Positions 1 through 12,910 of a stretch of DNA of 64,000 nucleotides are shown here, piece by piece. Origin of the DNA: Eledone cirrhosa (lineage: Eukaryota); the NCBI GenBank assembly GCA_964016885.1, contig OZ024742.1:325686001-325750000 (forward strand), written 5' to 3'. The position numbers and the translations under genes were made by a program. Within the stretch, counting starts at the first letter, position 1; each line of letters opens with the position of its first letter. Below the pieces are notes generated by a model that had not been told where the DNA came from, did not search any database, and saw only the letters and a list, made by a program, of their open reading frames with translations.

Positions 1-29
1 TCAAATACCAGGATAAAAATGTTCATTTA

Positions 30-198
<169 letters not shown>

Positions 199-199
199 A

Positions 200-586
200 A
201 CGGAATATATGTATACAGACGGACAGTAGTATGTATACATATATATATACATACATGCACACATATATATGTACGTATGGATTCACCGAACATTTATTAT
301 ATTGCTCGGTCTGTTTGTAAACAAACATCCCGTATTAAGCCGTAGTGTCCAGCAACCATCGTTGCTCCTCTGTTCAACACTGACAAAGGAACGCTGGACT
401 GGTTTCAAGCTTATTAGCTATCGTCAGCAATGTATACCTTCCTGCCAGATTGTTGAATGTATATACTTACCTTATGCATATTAACGGCTGAGTAGCCCAA
501 TTTGCATATCGAGTGGGTTAATCGGCCGGGTGCACCGAAAACGATAAACGGAAAAAATGAAACGAAAATATACAGACGTACAGTAG

Positions 587-656
<70 letters not shown>

Positions 657-660
657 CATG

Positions 661-724
<64 letters not shown>

Positions 725-1175
725 CATGCACACATATATATATGTACGTATGGATTCACCGAACATTTATTATAATGCTCGGTGTGTTTGTAAGTAACAG
801 ACGTACTAAGAGTGGGAAATGAACATTTTTCCGTTTATCGTTTTCGGTGCACCCGGCCGATTAACCCACTCGATATGCAAATTGGGCTACTCAGCCGTTA
901 ATATGCATAAGGTAAGTATATACGTTCAACAATCTGGCAGGAAGGTATACGTTGCTGACGATAGCTAATAAGCTTGAAACTAGTACAGCGTTCCTTTGTC
1001 AGTGTTGAACAAACGAGCAACGATGGTTGCTGGACACTACGGCTTAATACGGGATGTTTGTTTACAAACACACCGAGCATTATAATAAATGTTCGGTGAA
1101 TCCATACGTACATATATATATGTGTGCATGTATGTATATATATATACATTCTACTGTACGTCTGTATACATATAT
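200..1175. repeat. ~355-bp unit: full copy, partial tandem copy, then inverted copy, embedded in (TA)n
   Basis: tacagacg(g/t)acagtagtatg at ~214 and ~571; 826-1170 is the reverse complement of ~210-558. Confidence 0.9.
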
Positions 1176-1747
1176 GTATGTACGTGTACATACTTGCATA
1201 TATATATATATACATACATATATATATATATATATGTGTGTGTGTGTATGTGTGTGTGTATTTATGTATGTATCTATGTATATATTCATTGTATCTATGT
1301 ATATATTCATTTAGACATCTCTCTAGGAGAAGATCACTCTGCTATGAAATCTAGGACATCGTTTGCATCCAATGAAGTAGACAATTTCTTCTTTTTCAGC
1401 AAATGCATTCGATGTTCAGAGAGTTGGAATGCTCACGTGCAAAGACTTTCCTCACTTTAAAAAGCTTCAAGCATAGACACCGCTTCAGAAGTGACATGTT
1501 TTGCAATGCATCTTGTTCCTGGCATAGGCAAGTCCCTAGCATATCTAAAGTGCCACGTCCGTGATGCACATGCTTAAGTATCAAGCGACGGCTCTGCTCG
1601 AAATCGAGTTGCAGCCATCATCATGTATGTATGTGTGTATCGGGGTCGGGTTTCCCTTAAAAGCTAGTGGAGATATTAGAGCATAGCACGAAATACTTAT
1701 TTTATTGTATTTAGTTCGGAGAAGGAATACGACCATTTAAGCCATGC

Positions 1748-1748
<1 letters not shown>

Positions 1749-1789
<41 letters not shown>

Positions 1790-1800
1790 GTTATTGTTAT
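1749..1800. repeat. (TTA)n microsatellite, 3' flank of family A copy
   Basis: Direct reading. Confidence 0.95.
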
Positions 1801-3800
1801 TCCTTGAATCTCAGTCATTGATGTTGGTTAACTGGAAAGTCCGTTGGATTGAATATCAAGCCACTACCTGCAGCCTCAGATATTCAGGACGTATCGGAGG
1901 GTTCTTGCCGTTCCAAGCAAGCATGCCTTTTGAAGCGTTCCAAAAAGCGTGAAGGGGCCGATTTTCTTTAACCATCCCTGGAAACCTTTGGAGATAGTCC
2001 CCAGTGCGCCTATGACAATCGGGATCACTTTGACTTCATGGCAGTTCCAAATCCTTTTCACCTCCCACTTTAGGTCCTGGTATCGGTTAATTTTCTCCCT
2101 CTCCTTCTCTTGCACTCTCGTGTCGAACGGGCAGGCCACATCCACAATCAGGCACGATCTTTTTTCTTTGTCCACAACCACCAGGTCAGGTCTATTGTGT
2201 TCCAGTTTTTTGTCCGTCTGTATCCTAAAATCCCACAGCACCTTCACCTGACTGTTCTCCATCACCGCCTCTGGCCTATGCTCATACCATTTCTCAGAAT
2301 GTGGTAGAGTGGATCACCCTGCCCATCACATCGTGTCTCCAGCCCTTATAGTGGGTCTGGGCTAGGTGTTTACACTCGGACACAATGTGAGCCACAGTCT
2401 CCTCTCTCTCTCCACAGATCCTGCACAGTGGGCTAGCCTCCTCCTTGTAGATATGGTGCTTCAACCACTTCGTTTTGAGGGCCTGCTCCTGCGCAGCCAT
2501 TAGCATTCCTTCTGTAGCCTTTTTGAGGTCTCCTCTTCTCAACCAGTTCCATGTCTGTGGATCTCTAAATTCAGTTTTCTCAAAGAAGGTACTATGAAGG
2601 GATTTTCCCTTAAGGCTGCTCTTCCTCCTTGATGTTATTTCCTCCTTGGATATCCCCTGGCCTACTGTCCCCTCCTTCAGTACAGCTCTGAGCATTGGCT
2701 CCTTACTATAGGTCACTTATTTGTATAGGTTGTTTTTCTCCATCTGAACACAGTCATCTATGCTGATAAGACCTCTTCCACCCTCAGATCTCCTTAGGTA
2801 GAGTCTATCGACATCACTCCTCTTGTGGAACATGTTGTAGATACTCAATAGCTTCCTAGTCTTCCTATCCATTTCTTTTTGTTCAGCAACATTCCATCTC
2901 AGAATTCCCGCACTGTACCTAATAATAGACACAGCTCGGGAATTTACTGCGCTTATGGCATTTCTGCTGTTCAGATGTGACTTCAATACGCTCCTTACTC
3001 TCCGAATGTATTCAGTTCTTAACAATTCCTTCATTTTTTTGTTCTTTATGCCATCAGCCTCCAGAACGCCCAAATACTTGTATCCTTCCTCAGAGTCAAT
3101 TTCCTTTATCATCTCACCTGTTGGTATCTGGATCCCGTTACTTCTGCTCAACCTACCCCTCCTCATCACAATGACTCCACATTTACCAATACCAAACTGC
3201 ATACATATATCACTGCTGAAAATACGGACAGTGTCAACAAGCACATCCAACTCCTTCTCACTTTTCCCGAAGAGCTTAAGATCGTCCATGAAGAGGAGGT
3301 GATTGATGGTAAGCTCTCCCCTTCCCAACTTGTATCCTGCTCTCACTTTTCGCAGCATAATGGTCAAGGGCATCAGGGCAAGGACAAACAACAGAGGGGA
3401 CAGGCTATCTCCCTGGAAGATACCTCTCTTGATCTTCACGCTTCCCAAGGATACTCCAGTTGATGTCAACTCTGTCTCCCAGGACCCCATACTCCTGCCC
3501 AGCAACTGTCTGATGTTATCTGCCACCCTGAAGATCTCCAGGCTTTTGGTGATCCAGGAATGAGGCACCATGTCAAATGCCTTTCTGTAGTCTATCCATC
3601 CCATGGCAAGATCAGTGTGTCTCCTCCTGCATTTCCCCATTACCATCTTATCAATAAGCAACTGGTCCTTTGTACCACGTGACTTCTTTCGGCATCCTTT
3701 CTGTTCGTCCGGCAACAAGTTGTTTGTGTGGAGGTGATGGTAGATTTCCTCAGACACAATGCTCGTCAACAGTTTCCACATTACGGGCAGACATGTGATA
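1801..3800 (-). mobile_element. R4/Dong-like RLE non-LTR retrotransposon, family A, 5'-truncated
   Basis: RT motifs ([17 protein letters not shown]), CRICGEREETVAHIVSEC zinc knuckle, RHD and NRPDLVVVDK...IVDVACP RLE motifs; TAA repeats on both sides. Confidence 0.93.
1876..3800 (-). pseudogene. RT-RLE polyprotein C-terminal part, disrupted
   Basis: ORFs 2717-3781, 2294-2716 and 1876-2265 are collinear pieces separated by a stop and a small deletion/frameshift. Confidence 0.9.

Positions 3801-3866
<66 letters not shown>
3801..3866. repeat. (ATT)n spacer
   Basis: Direct reading. Confidence 0.97.
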
Positions 3867-4080
3867 GGCGATCTACGTAGTTAATCGTATCCTCGTAAGC
3901 TCCGCAAAGGTTTGTTGTTTTCGGTTGTTTAAAATTGCCATTTATGGAAAAAATTTATTGTTAACTGTATATAAGTGCACATACATTGTTTTCTGTAAAG
4001 GACACTCAAAAATATTGGGTACTTGAGCCCGAAAGTTAAACTTTTATTGTTATCAAACAAAAGTTTATTTGAAAAAAATC

Positions 4081-5989
4081 ATGGATGACACACAGTCACA
4101 TCTTCCTCACAAACTAACACCTCACACCGACACCACCATTGTAAATATTACTACGTTTGCCAACACTAAAAATATAAGCAGTAGCAATATTTTAAATTTG
4201 TCTCAGGCAGACATTCATTTCCCGCCATTACCAATGACTGCAGGTGTTAAAGCCGCCACTCCCACCATCACCACCACAGCGACAACAGAAACAAAAGAAA
4301 AAAATAAATTAACTCGTGATATCTAAATGAATTCAACCGAAATGAACTCTTCCACACCGAACACCAGTGACTCCACCACCACCACAACTGAAGCTAAAAT
4401 TAATAATAACAAAAATAACGATAACAACAACAGCAACAATGAAATTAAGAAAACCACCCTGAGTTTTGCCAAAGTAGCAAAACAGTGCGAAGCATTTCAG
4501 GTAACTCAGGAGGAATTAGAAGAAGCCAAAAAAATGGTAAAGAAATATGGGTACAGGGTCTGCCTCACCCCCCGCCCATCTAATAAAATGGAACATCGGC
4601 GCCTATGCGCCGTGTCTTATAGAACAATTAACATAAAATCGCGCCGAGTGGAACGGGTATCCGAGTCCCAAATCCAAAAAGCTTTGGGACATGTGTGGGC
4701 AAAAAAACCCACATCAAACGTGGGCAGAAATATGGAACCGTGGACGTGTTCTTTGAAACACCACAGCAGGCTAGAGAACACTCCATGACCCCACTAAGAA
4801 GTGACGACTTCACACTCGTACCAAGCTATTGTGGCCAGAGACTTGTGAAGATCAGGGTGACCCACGTTCCACCGGCCATCGAAATTCCCTGGGTAATAGC
4901 TGCTGTCCTCGCCGGCATCGAAGCCAACACCAGGATAATCGAAATAGCGAAAGAAAAGCAGGAGAACTGGTCCGGATCTGGGATGGAGCTCCTGATCCAA
5001 GCGGACCAAAAAAGCATTGAGGAGATTCCAGAGGTAATAGACCTCACTGAAGGCTGCCACCTCACCGTCATCGTCGAGGGCAGAAGGCCTAGGTGTGTCG
5101 TTTGTGGTGAAGGAACCCACCTAAGAGCTTTCTGCCCTCAGGATAAAAGGTTGAGGCCACCTCTCTTAACCACCCCAGTGACTCAACCATCAACACCACC
5201 AGCAGCAGAGATGGCAGCAACAAATGTAGCAGCAACAACGGAAGCAACTGTAACAGCAACAACCCCAGCAACAGTAGCAAAACCAACACCACCACCACCC
5301 AACGCGCCAGAACTAGCACCAGCGCCTACACCACGCCTGTGGAGGATTTTCCACTCCCCGGCCTACCACAACTGAAGACAGTTTATGACGACGAGGAGTG
5401 GGAAACGGTATCAGGAAAAAAGAAAAAAAGAAACCAAAAAAGAAAAAATTCACTTCCCTCACCCTCCAAAAACAAAATACAGAGGGAAACAAATAAACTA
5501 TCAAAAAACAAAAAAGTTAGGACAGATATGCCACCATCCACTCAAGCATCACCAACCCCATCACCACAAACACCAACACCATCACCATCATTAATCCCAA
5601 CACCACCATCACCAACACCACAAAATTCACCAAAAAGCGAAACAGAAACAAACCCACAACAAACGCAAACAAAACAAAACAACCAAAACGATACACACTA
5701 CACAGCATTAAATTTGAACAACAAGCAATTATTACACTACATCCAACACAATACCAGCATCACAGAAAAAGACTACACAACAACCCAAAAGTTCACACCA
5801 CCTACACACATACAAATCACTCGCATCACACAGAAAACGTACACGACACTAAAGCAAAAATTCCCCAAAGACATCGGAGACTTCCGACAAACACTCTCCA
5901 GGATGATTTATAAGGACATCCTTCCGGAGGTGGCCAGAGGCAGTGAAAAGGATGGACAAACCATCTTTCCTCTACGAGATGTAAGGTAA
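4081..5989 (+). pseudogene. Family B ORF1 (gag-like, CX2CX4HX4C knuckle), disrupted
   Basis: VEGRRPRCVVCGEGTHLRAFC; pieces 4069-4326, 4327-4788, 4695-5375, 5339-5989. Confidence 0.85.
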
Positions 5990-6023
5990 GTGGTCTTCCC
6001 CATCTTTTCCACTCCATTTCAAC

Positions 6024-9000
6024 ATGACCTCACTCAGAATAGGCAGCACAAATGCGCGTGGGTTGGGGTCGTCATGGAAGCAGGGCCTCCTGCTCAACGA
6101 CCTCAGGTCACTAAACATAGATGTAGTGGCCATCAGCGAGACCAGAATCTCCGAAGCATGGGCCTTCGCACCGATCTTCGGCGGCTACGATGTGTACGCA
6201 TCTCCCAGCCGTCCTGGATTGGGGGTGGGGGGTGCTGTGCTTTTTCGGAGAGGTTTGGATCTCGCCATACGGGCCATCTTCCTGGACGCAGAAGGTAAGT
6301 TGGTAGTGCTGGACGTGACCAGCGGAGACGGGTAAGCTTTCAGGCTAGTGGCCGTCTATGTCCCGACAGGAGCAGGGCGGCCTGATTTCTTCCGGCGTCT
6401 GGAGAACTTTCTTGGAACGTCCCGCTCTTTAGTGTTAGTGGGCGACTGGAACGGGATCTTAGATGCACGCTGGGACTGTGTGGGATTAGCGGATAGGGGA
6501 GGAGAGTGCAAGAGCCTCACCAACCTGCTCAGGCGTTGTGAACTGTCTGACAGGTACCGATTGGATTTCCCGAATGTGCCAATGAGGACTTGGACAAATC
6601 GCATAGGGTCATCCAGATCATATCTAGATAGAGTATTTTGTAAGGAAATAAATAGGTCTAGCATAGGCTGTCCACAATTCAAGATAGTCAGCTACACGGA
6701 CCACAAATTCGTGATCTGTGTGCTTGACTTAGATAGGCTTCATAGACGAGGACCCGGCTACTGGAAGCTAAACGCGTCCTTACCAGCGCGAAAGGCCTAC
6801 AGAGACTGGATTAGCGAACTAGTTAAGCGGGCGTTGAAGAGGGCCATCGTCAACAACAAGTGGTGGTTTGCTCTGAAAAGAGCGATTAGAATAGAGTCCA
6901 ATAGGTTTAGTAAGGCTTTAGCAATAGATAAAAATAGAGCATCGCGACCGACGTACTTGCGGCGATGTTGGCCATTGACCAATTCTTCAATGCAAAGCAC
7001 GAAGGCTGCGTTGTCAGAGCAAGGGTGCGTGCTCTCAGACACGAGGGGACGAAAGCCGTTCAATGGGCCCGAGTGGCGGAGGCGCGTCGTGGCAACAAAG
7101 TTACTATCCGGTCTTTGGTGGACCACGACGGGCGCATGCTACTCGATCCCGGGAAAATGTGTGAAGCTTTTCAGAGAAACTTCGCTCAGCTGTTCGGGAG
7201 AAGCGGTGGGCCAGGTCGAGGGATGGACTTTAGTGTCTACCTCGACGGACTGCCGCGGCTCTCGGCCACTGAGGCGGAGTGTTGCGAAAAGCCGATAACA
7301 GCCGCTGAAGTACGGGAGGCAATGACTGGATACACAAGGGGTAAATCGCCTGGTTTGGATGGTCTGCCCTATGAACTTTACGTACAGATGCCAGACTTGT
7401 TCGGAGGCCTCATGGCGGACGTCTAGTGCAACTGGCAACAGAACGGGAGAATTCCCAGCTCCATGAGCCGAGGAGCGGTGGGACTGCTCAGAAAGGATGC
7501 GAACAAGGGGGATAACATAGATAATTTCAGGCCCATAACTTTGCTAAACACAGAGTTCAAGATTTCGGCCAATGTGCTAGCAAAGAGGTTGGCGCTTGTA
7601 GTTGGGGATCTGGTGGGAGAGGCGCAGACATACGCCATTCCCGACAGATCCATCTACGACAACCTCCACCTCATGCGATACATCGTAGAGAGGGTAGCTA
7701 GGGAACCTGGCACGTGTGGGTCCTTGATCAATTTAGATTATTCGAAAGCTTTCGATAGGGTCGACCATCGTTACCTAGCGGCAGTCCTGAGGGCGGCTGG
7801 CTTTGGACCCGTCTTCAGAGGCTGGATCGCTGCCATGCACAGCGACATCTGCTCTGTAGTGAGAGTGAACGGTCACCTTTCGGATCCGTTCAACATCATG
7901 CGCTCGTTCCGCCAAGGGTGTCCCCTCTCGTCCCTCTTGTACGTATTGACTCTCGAGCCATTACTGCACAAACTGGAGACGTAGAGGGGCGAACTCGGAT
8001 GCTGAAGATCCGTGTCAGCATATGCGGACGATGTCACAGTAGTGGTGTCGAACGCCAAACACATCGAGGCGATCGGCACTACACTAAGAGAATACGAAAT
8101 GGTGACAGGAGCAATGATCAACAAGGAAAAGTCAGTGGGCCTGCAGCTCGGCACCTGGAGAGGCAGGTCCATGCCGTCCAACAGCGTCGTCAGCCGCTGG
8201 ACGGACGGAGCGGTTAAATTGCTAGGGGTCTGGTTCGGTCCACACTTCCAGACGGACAAAAACTTGGACGAGGTAACGAGCAGGGTGGCTTCTCTCACCC
8301 AGCATTGGGCGGAGAGGAAGCTATCCCTGAAAGGTCGAGCGGAGGTGGCTAACGCGTACACGGCGTATGTCATCTGCTACCGCCTGACCGTCGTACCTTG
8401 TCCTAATCCCCGCCTGACTGCGCTGGAGCGTTTACTCTTTCGCTTTTTGTGGAAGGGAGGCGCTCCGATGGTCAGGCGGTCCATCTTTTGTCAACACCCG
8501 CTACGTGGTGGGCTGGGTATGACGTGGCTGATGATGCGCAGACACGCGCTCAGGCTACGACATCTCCACCTCTTCCTCGACGGTGATCAGGTGTGGTCGC
8601 CGTTTGGTAGACACGTATTTCAACTAGCCAATCAACTAGCCAATCTCTTCGGAAGAACTTTCGGGCCGGGGCCTATGGACAACTTCCAGAAATCTCTGGC
8701 CTGGCAGTGCTACCGAGCAGCCTTGCCGGTTCGGGATAAACTCTACAGGCATGGAGGTAAAGTCAGCCGGGCATGTCCGAGATGCGCGCAGGGCGACGAA
8801 ACCGTCCTGCACGCACTCGTCCAGTGTCCGAAAATTGCCCCTTTGTGGGTTTATGTCGAACACCTGCTGTCGCGTGTAGGACGGATCCGGCTATCATCTG
8901 AGTCCATCGTGAGGATTGGCCCGCCCCCCTCCTTTAGCTGGGAAGGGCAGGCAGTTTTTATCTGTCTGGTGGCCATGGCGAAAGAGATAGTATGGTGGAC

Positions 9001-9190
9001 ACGTTTGAAAGGGCTGAAGACGAGCACTTACCTCTTCCGTGATGCCCTGATTGACTTTTTCAAATTTCATTTGAAAAGGAAAATCAGAGTAGAGGGGGAA
9101 GTGCTCTCTTCCCAGCATTTTGTTGAAAGATGGGTGAGAGAAGCATGAATGGCCCGAGTGAATGGGCCTACTCTGAGTATGTATCTATAA
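6024..9190 (+). pseudogene. Family B ORF2 (AP endonuclease, RT, C-terminal Cys/His finger), disrupted
   Basis: APE motifs NARG, ISET, GDWN, SYLDR, TDH; RT motifs KAFDRVDH, RQGCPLS, YADD; CPRCAQGDETVLHALVQC. Confidence 0.92.
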
Positions 9191-9439
9191 ATTAAAGGTG
9201 GAAAACTGGGAGAGGGCACTTGCCTTGGTGGTCAGGGTCACGGTGGCCTTTTACTGGGCTTTCTCCACAAATGTCCCTCGGAAGGCTCTCCCCTATTGGG
9301 GAACGTTTTCATTGTTCTATTATTACATCCTCTGTTTCTTGTTTTTTACACGCAGAAATGCCCATTTGTACCGCCCTGTATTGTCCTGTACTCTCCTTAA
9401 TATCTACTTTATGTAAACTCTTGTGGTTAATAAAGAAAT

Positions 9440-9440
<1 letters not shown>

Positions 9441-9500
<60 letters not shown>
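9441..9500. repeat. (ATT)n spacer
   Basis: Direct reading. Confidence 0.97.
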
Positions 9501-9716
9501 GAATGCTATGGTTGACGGAGGCTCGGCTCTGTAAGGTATTGTAAATTTTGAACGCTATAACAATTGTAAATTGTTTAAAACTTAAACCAACTTGTAGACG
9601 AAAACACCGTCCTCCTCGTGAGAGGGGTCTTTCTGCCCGTTATTTGGCCCTGCGGGGTTAAATAACTGCTTATTACGGTTTTGTGCCCAATATTCATTTT
9701 AAACAAAAAAAACAAC

Positions 9717-11806
9717 ATGGCTACGAAAAAGAATTTTCATATGTCACTCCCACTCATTCCGTCTTCTTCTTCCTCAATCGTCACTACAGCAGAGAGAAGA
9801 TTGTCACTCTCCCTCCCTTCTTTAAATGTGTCTCTCTCCCTCCCTTCTCTTTCGCAAGCGACGACAGAAAAGAAAAGTCTCGTGCAAAGCGTGCAAGATT
9901 TCTCCACGACGACGACAACAACGACGAAACAGGTGTGCGGGAAATACGAAAATCCATTCCATTCGTCTGACGTCAGGAATAATAGCAGTAGCAGCCGTAA
10001 TAACAACAGCAACAGTGACAATGAAAACAACAGTAGCAGCCGCAACAGCATCAGCAGCAGCATAAACAACAACAGCATTAGCAGCAGCAACACCAACAAC
10101 AACCACAGCAACAGCGGCGGCGGCAGTAGTTGTAGTACCTGCAGCAACAACAAAAGTAACAGCAGCTCTGACGACAACAACAACACCAGCAGCAAAGAAA
10201 AACCAATCTCGTTTGCAGGTATCGCGAAGAACCTGGAAACAATCCTCATAACAAATGAGGAATTAGAGGAAGCGAAGAAGATGGTGACAAAAACTGGACA
10301 CCGAGCAATCTGCAAGGCAGCGGAAAAATGTTTCGAAACCCAACAGCACTGTACGGTCACGTACCGTACAGTAAGTACAAAATCCCGTAGGGTTGAAAGA
10401 GCCACAGAGGCTCAAATACAAAAAGCCTTGGGGTCTGTGTGGTAGCGGAAAACGCACATCACCCGAGGCAAAAAATATGCCACCGTAGACGTACTTTTTG
10501 CCACACCCAGGAGGCAAAGGCTCAATCCGTAGTGACCCTAAGGAGCGAGGAAATGGTGTTGTTGCCCTCCTACTGCGGGCAAAATATTGTGAGTGTCAAA
10601 CTGACCCCCCCCCCCCGGGATGGCCCCTTCTTGGCTGGCCGCGTCTGTCATCGTCGGAATCGAGGACAAAACAACTGTACTGCAAGTACAGAAAAAAGTA
10701 AGAGAGGATTGGGTCGGCACCTCCATTGAGATGTTAATCCAAACCAATCAGGAGTGCATCGAAGCTATCCCGGATGTGATAGACTTCGATAACGGCACTC
10801 AACTGCCCATAAGTGTTGAAAGCAAACGCCCGAAATGCTTTCGCTGTGGATCGAAGACACACCTCAGGGCCTTCAGCAACGAGAAGACCCTGAGAAAGGA
10901 GAAAACCCCCCTCCTTCCGAAACCGGTCCACGGCTACCAGCAACAGGACAAGCGGCAACCAGGAACGATAGGTCCGTGGCACCCATACCCACGCCACGGA
11001 AATCAAAAACAGCAGCAGCAGTGGAAATATTAACAACAACAACAGCAATACCAAATGCAGCTGCCACAGAGACTCCAGTGCAAACATCACCAACAACAAC
11101 AAGTGAAAGAGTGGAGCTGGAACCCCTCCCCGGCCTCACAGCATCAGACATGGACGGTGATGTGGGAGAGGGATGGCAAAAGGTCGTAAGAAGGCACAAA
11201 CGGAGAAGCAGCGCATCGTCGCCTTTGAAAAGGGAGGAAAGAAATGAAAAAAGGGTAAAGTCTACTGCAAAGAGACTCACAGCAGCAACACCACCAAGGC
11301 CATCACCACCCACACTAGCACCACCGGCGACAACCCCACCGCCAACAAAACCTTCAACACCACCACCACAAGCACCAACATCGCAAACACAACAACAAAA
11401 CACACACACCCAGCAACGACGACAAGAAAATAGCAGAACCACACCCAACCCCCAGAAAAACAAATGCACGGCAATAAATACACACAACAAGAAACTAATG
11501 ACTTATATAATTGAACACACAGACATTTCACAACACGACTACATAATACCAGCACCAATCAAAACGCCAACTAACATAAGACTGCTAAAAATAGCACAGA
11601 AACAATACACAAACATTAAAACGAAATTCCCCAAAGCAGTTGGTGATTTCAGGGACCTAGGAGGAACTATCAACCGAAGAGTATATTCGGACATACTCAT
11701 AGAAGAGCCGACGACCAGCCGAAGGGCCGATTCAACGGTCCCTTCACCAGACGATCAAGTGAAAAGGGATGTAAAAACCATCCCTCCTCTACGAAAAGTA
11801 CGGTAA
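9717..11806 (+). pseudogene. Family C ORF1 (Ser/Asn-rich N-terminus, zinc knuckle, Pro/Thr-rich linker), disrupted
   Basis: KRPKCFRCGSKTHLRAF; visibly homologous to B ORF1 (YRTVSTKSRRVER vs YRTINIKSRRVER). Confidence 0.85.
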
Positions 11807-11841
11807 GTGGTCTTTCCCATCTTTTCCACTCTATTTTAAAC

Positions 11842-12795
11842 ATGACCTCACTCAGAATAGGCAGCATAAATGCGCGTGGCTTGGGGTCGTCATGGAAGCA
11901 GGGTCACCTTCTCAACGACCTCAGGTCACTAAACATAGATGTAGTGGCCATCAGCGAGACCAAAATCTCCGAAGCACGGGCCTTCGCACCGATCTTCGGC
12001 GGCTACGATGTGTACGCATCTCCCAGCCGTCCGGGATCGGGGGGAGGAGTTGCTGTGCTTTTTCGGAGAGGTTTGGATCTCGCCATACGGGCCATCTTCC
12101 TGGACCCAGAGGGTAAGTTGGTGGTGCTACGCGTGACCAGCGGAGACGGGCAAGCTTTCAGGCTAGTGGCCGTCTATGCCCCGACAGGAGCAGGGCGGCC
12201 TGATTTCTTCCGGCGTCTGGAGACCTTTCTTGGAACGTCCCGCTCTTTAGTGTTAGTGGGCGACTGGAACGGGATCTTAGATGCACGCTGGGACTGTGTG
12301 GGATTAGCTGATAGGGGTGGAGGGTGCAAGACCCTCACCAACCTGCTCAGGCGTGTTGAACTGTCTGACAGATACCGATTGGATTTCCCGAATGTACCAA
12401 TGTGGACTTGGACAAATCGCATAGGGTCATCCAGATCATATCTAGATAGAGTATTTTGTAGGGAAATAGATAGGTCTAGCATAGGCTGTCCACAATTCAA
12501 GATAGTCAGCTACACGGACCACAAATTCGTGATCTGTGTGCTTGACTTAGATAGGCTTCATAGACGAGGACCCGGCTACTGGAAGCTAAACGCGTCCTTA
12601 CCAGCGCGCAAGGCCTACAGAGACCGGATTAGCGAACTAGTTAAGCTGGCGTTGACGGGAGCCATCGTCAACAACAAGTGGTGGTTTGCTCTGAAAAGAG
12701 CGATTAGAATAGAATCGATTAGATTTAGAAAGGCTTTAGCAATAGAGAAAAATAGAGCAGAGGGAGAACTCGTTAGAACATTAGACGAGGCGCTT
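11842..12795 (+). CDS. ORF2 AP endonuclease domain, open, truncated by deletion
   Basis: MTSLRIGSINARG...GDWN...SYLDR...TDH...GPGYWKLN, uninterrupted; reads on into the 3' UTR to a stop at 12861. Confidence 0.85.
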
Positions 12796-12910
12796 GTTTT
12801 TGATTTTTACACGCAGAAATGCCCATTTGTACCGTCCTGTATTCTCCTGCACTGTCCTTAATGTCTACTTTATGTAAACCCTTGTGATTAATAAAGAAAT
12901 CATTATTATT

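Larger units (their letters stand above)
3867..9440 (+). mobile_element. Tx1/L1-clade non-LTR retrotransposon, family B, full-length ends with internal deletions
   Basis: 5' ATT|GGCGATCTACG and 3' AATAAAGAAATC|ATTATT junctions; two-ORF layout; the same termini occur in copy 37568-43063. Confidence 0.92.
9501..12901 (+). mobile_element. Tx1-like family C, internally deleted (RT absent), both termini retained
   Basis: 5' ATT|GAATGCTATGGTTGACGG; ORF1 plus APE, then a jump at ~12795 into the 3' UTR ending AAAGAAATC|ATTATT. Confidence 0.9.

Noticed and set aside
9600-9640. ctcctcgtg resembling the L3 loop of HDV-like ribozymes
   Set aside because: Its flanks form a simple hairpin; no P1/P2 nested pseudoknot could be assigned.
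10490-10625. Possible programmed frameshift in family C ORF1
   Set aside because: Indels fall in homopolymer runs of differing length between copies, so mutation or sequencing error is more likely.
9737-11558. Long antisense Leu/Val-rich ORFs opposite Tx1 ORF1 (also 35530-37071 and 41170-41643)
   Set aside because: Expected shadows of AAC/AGC/ACC-rich low-complexity coding sequence.
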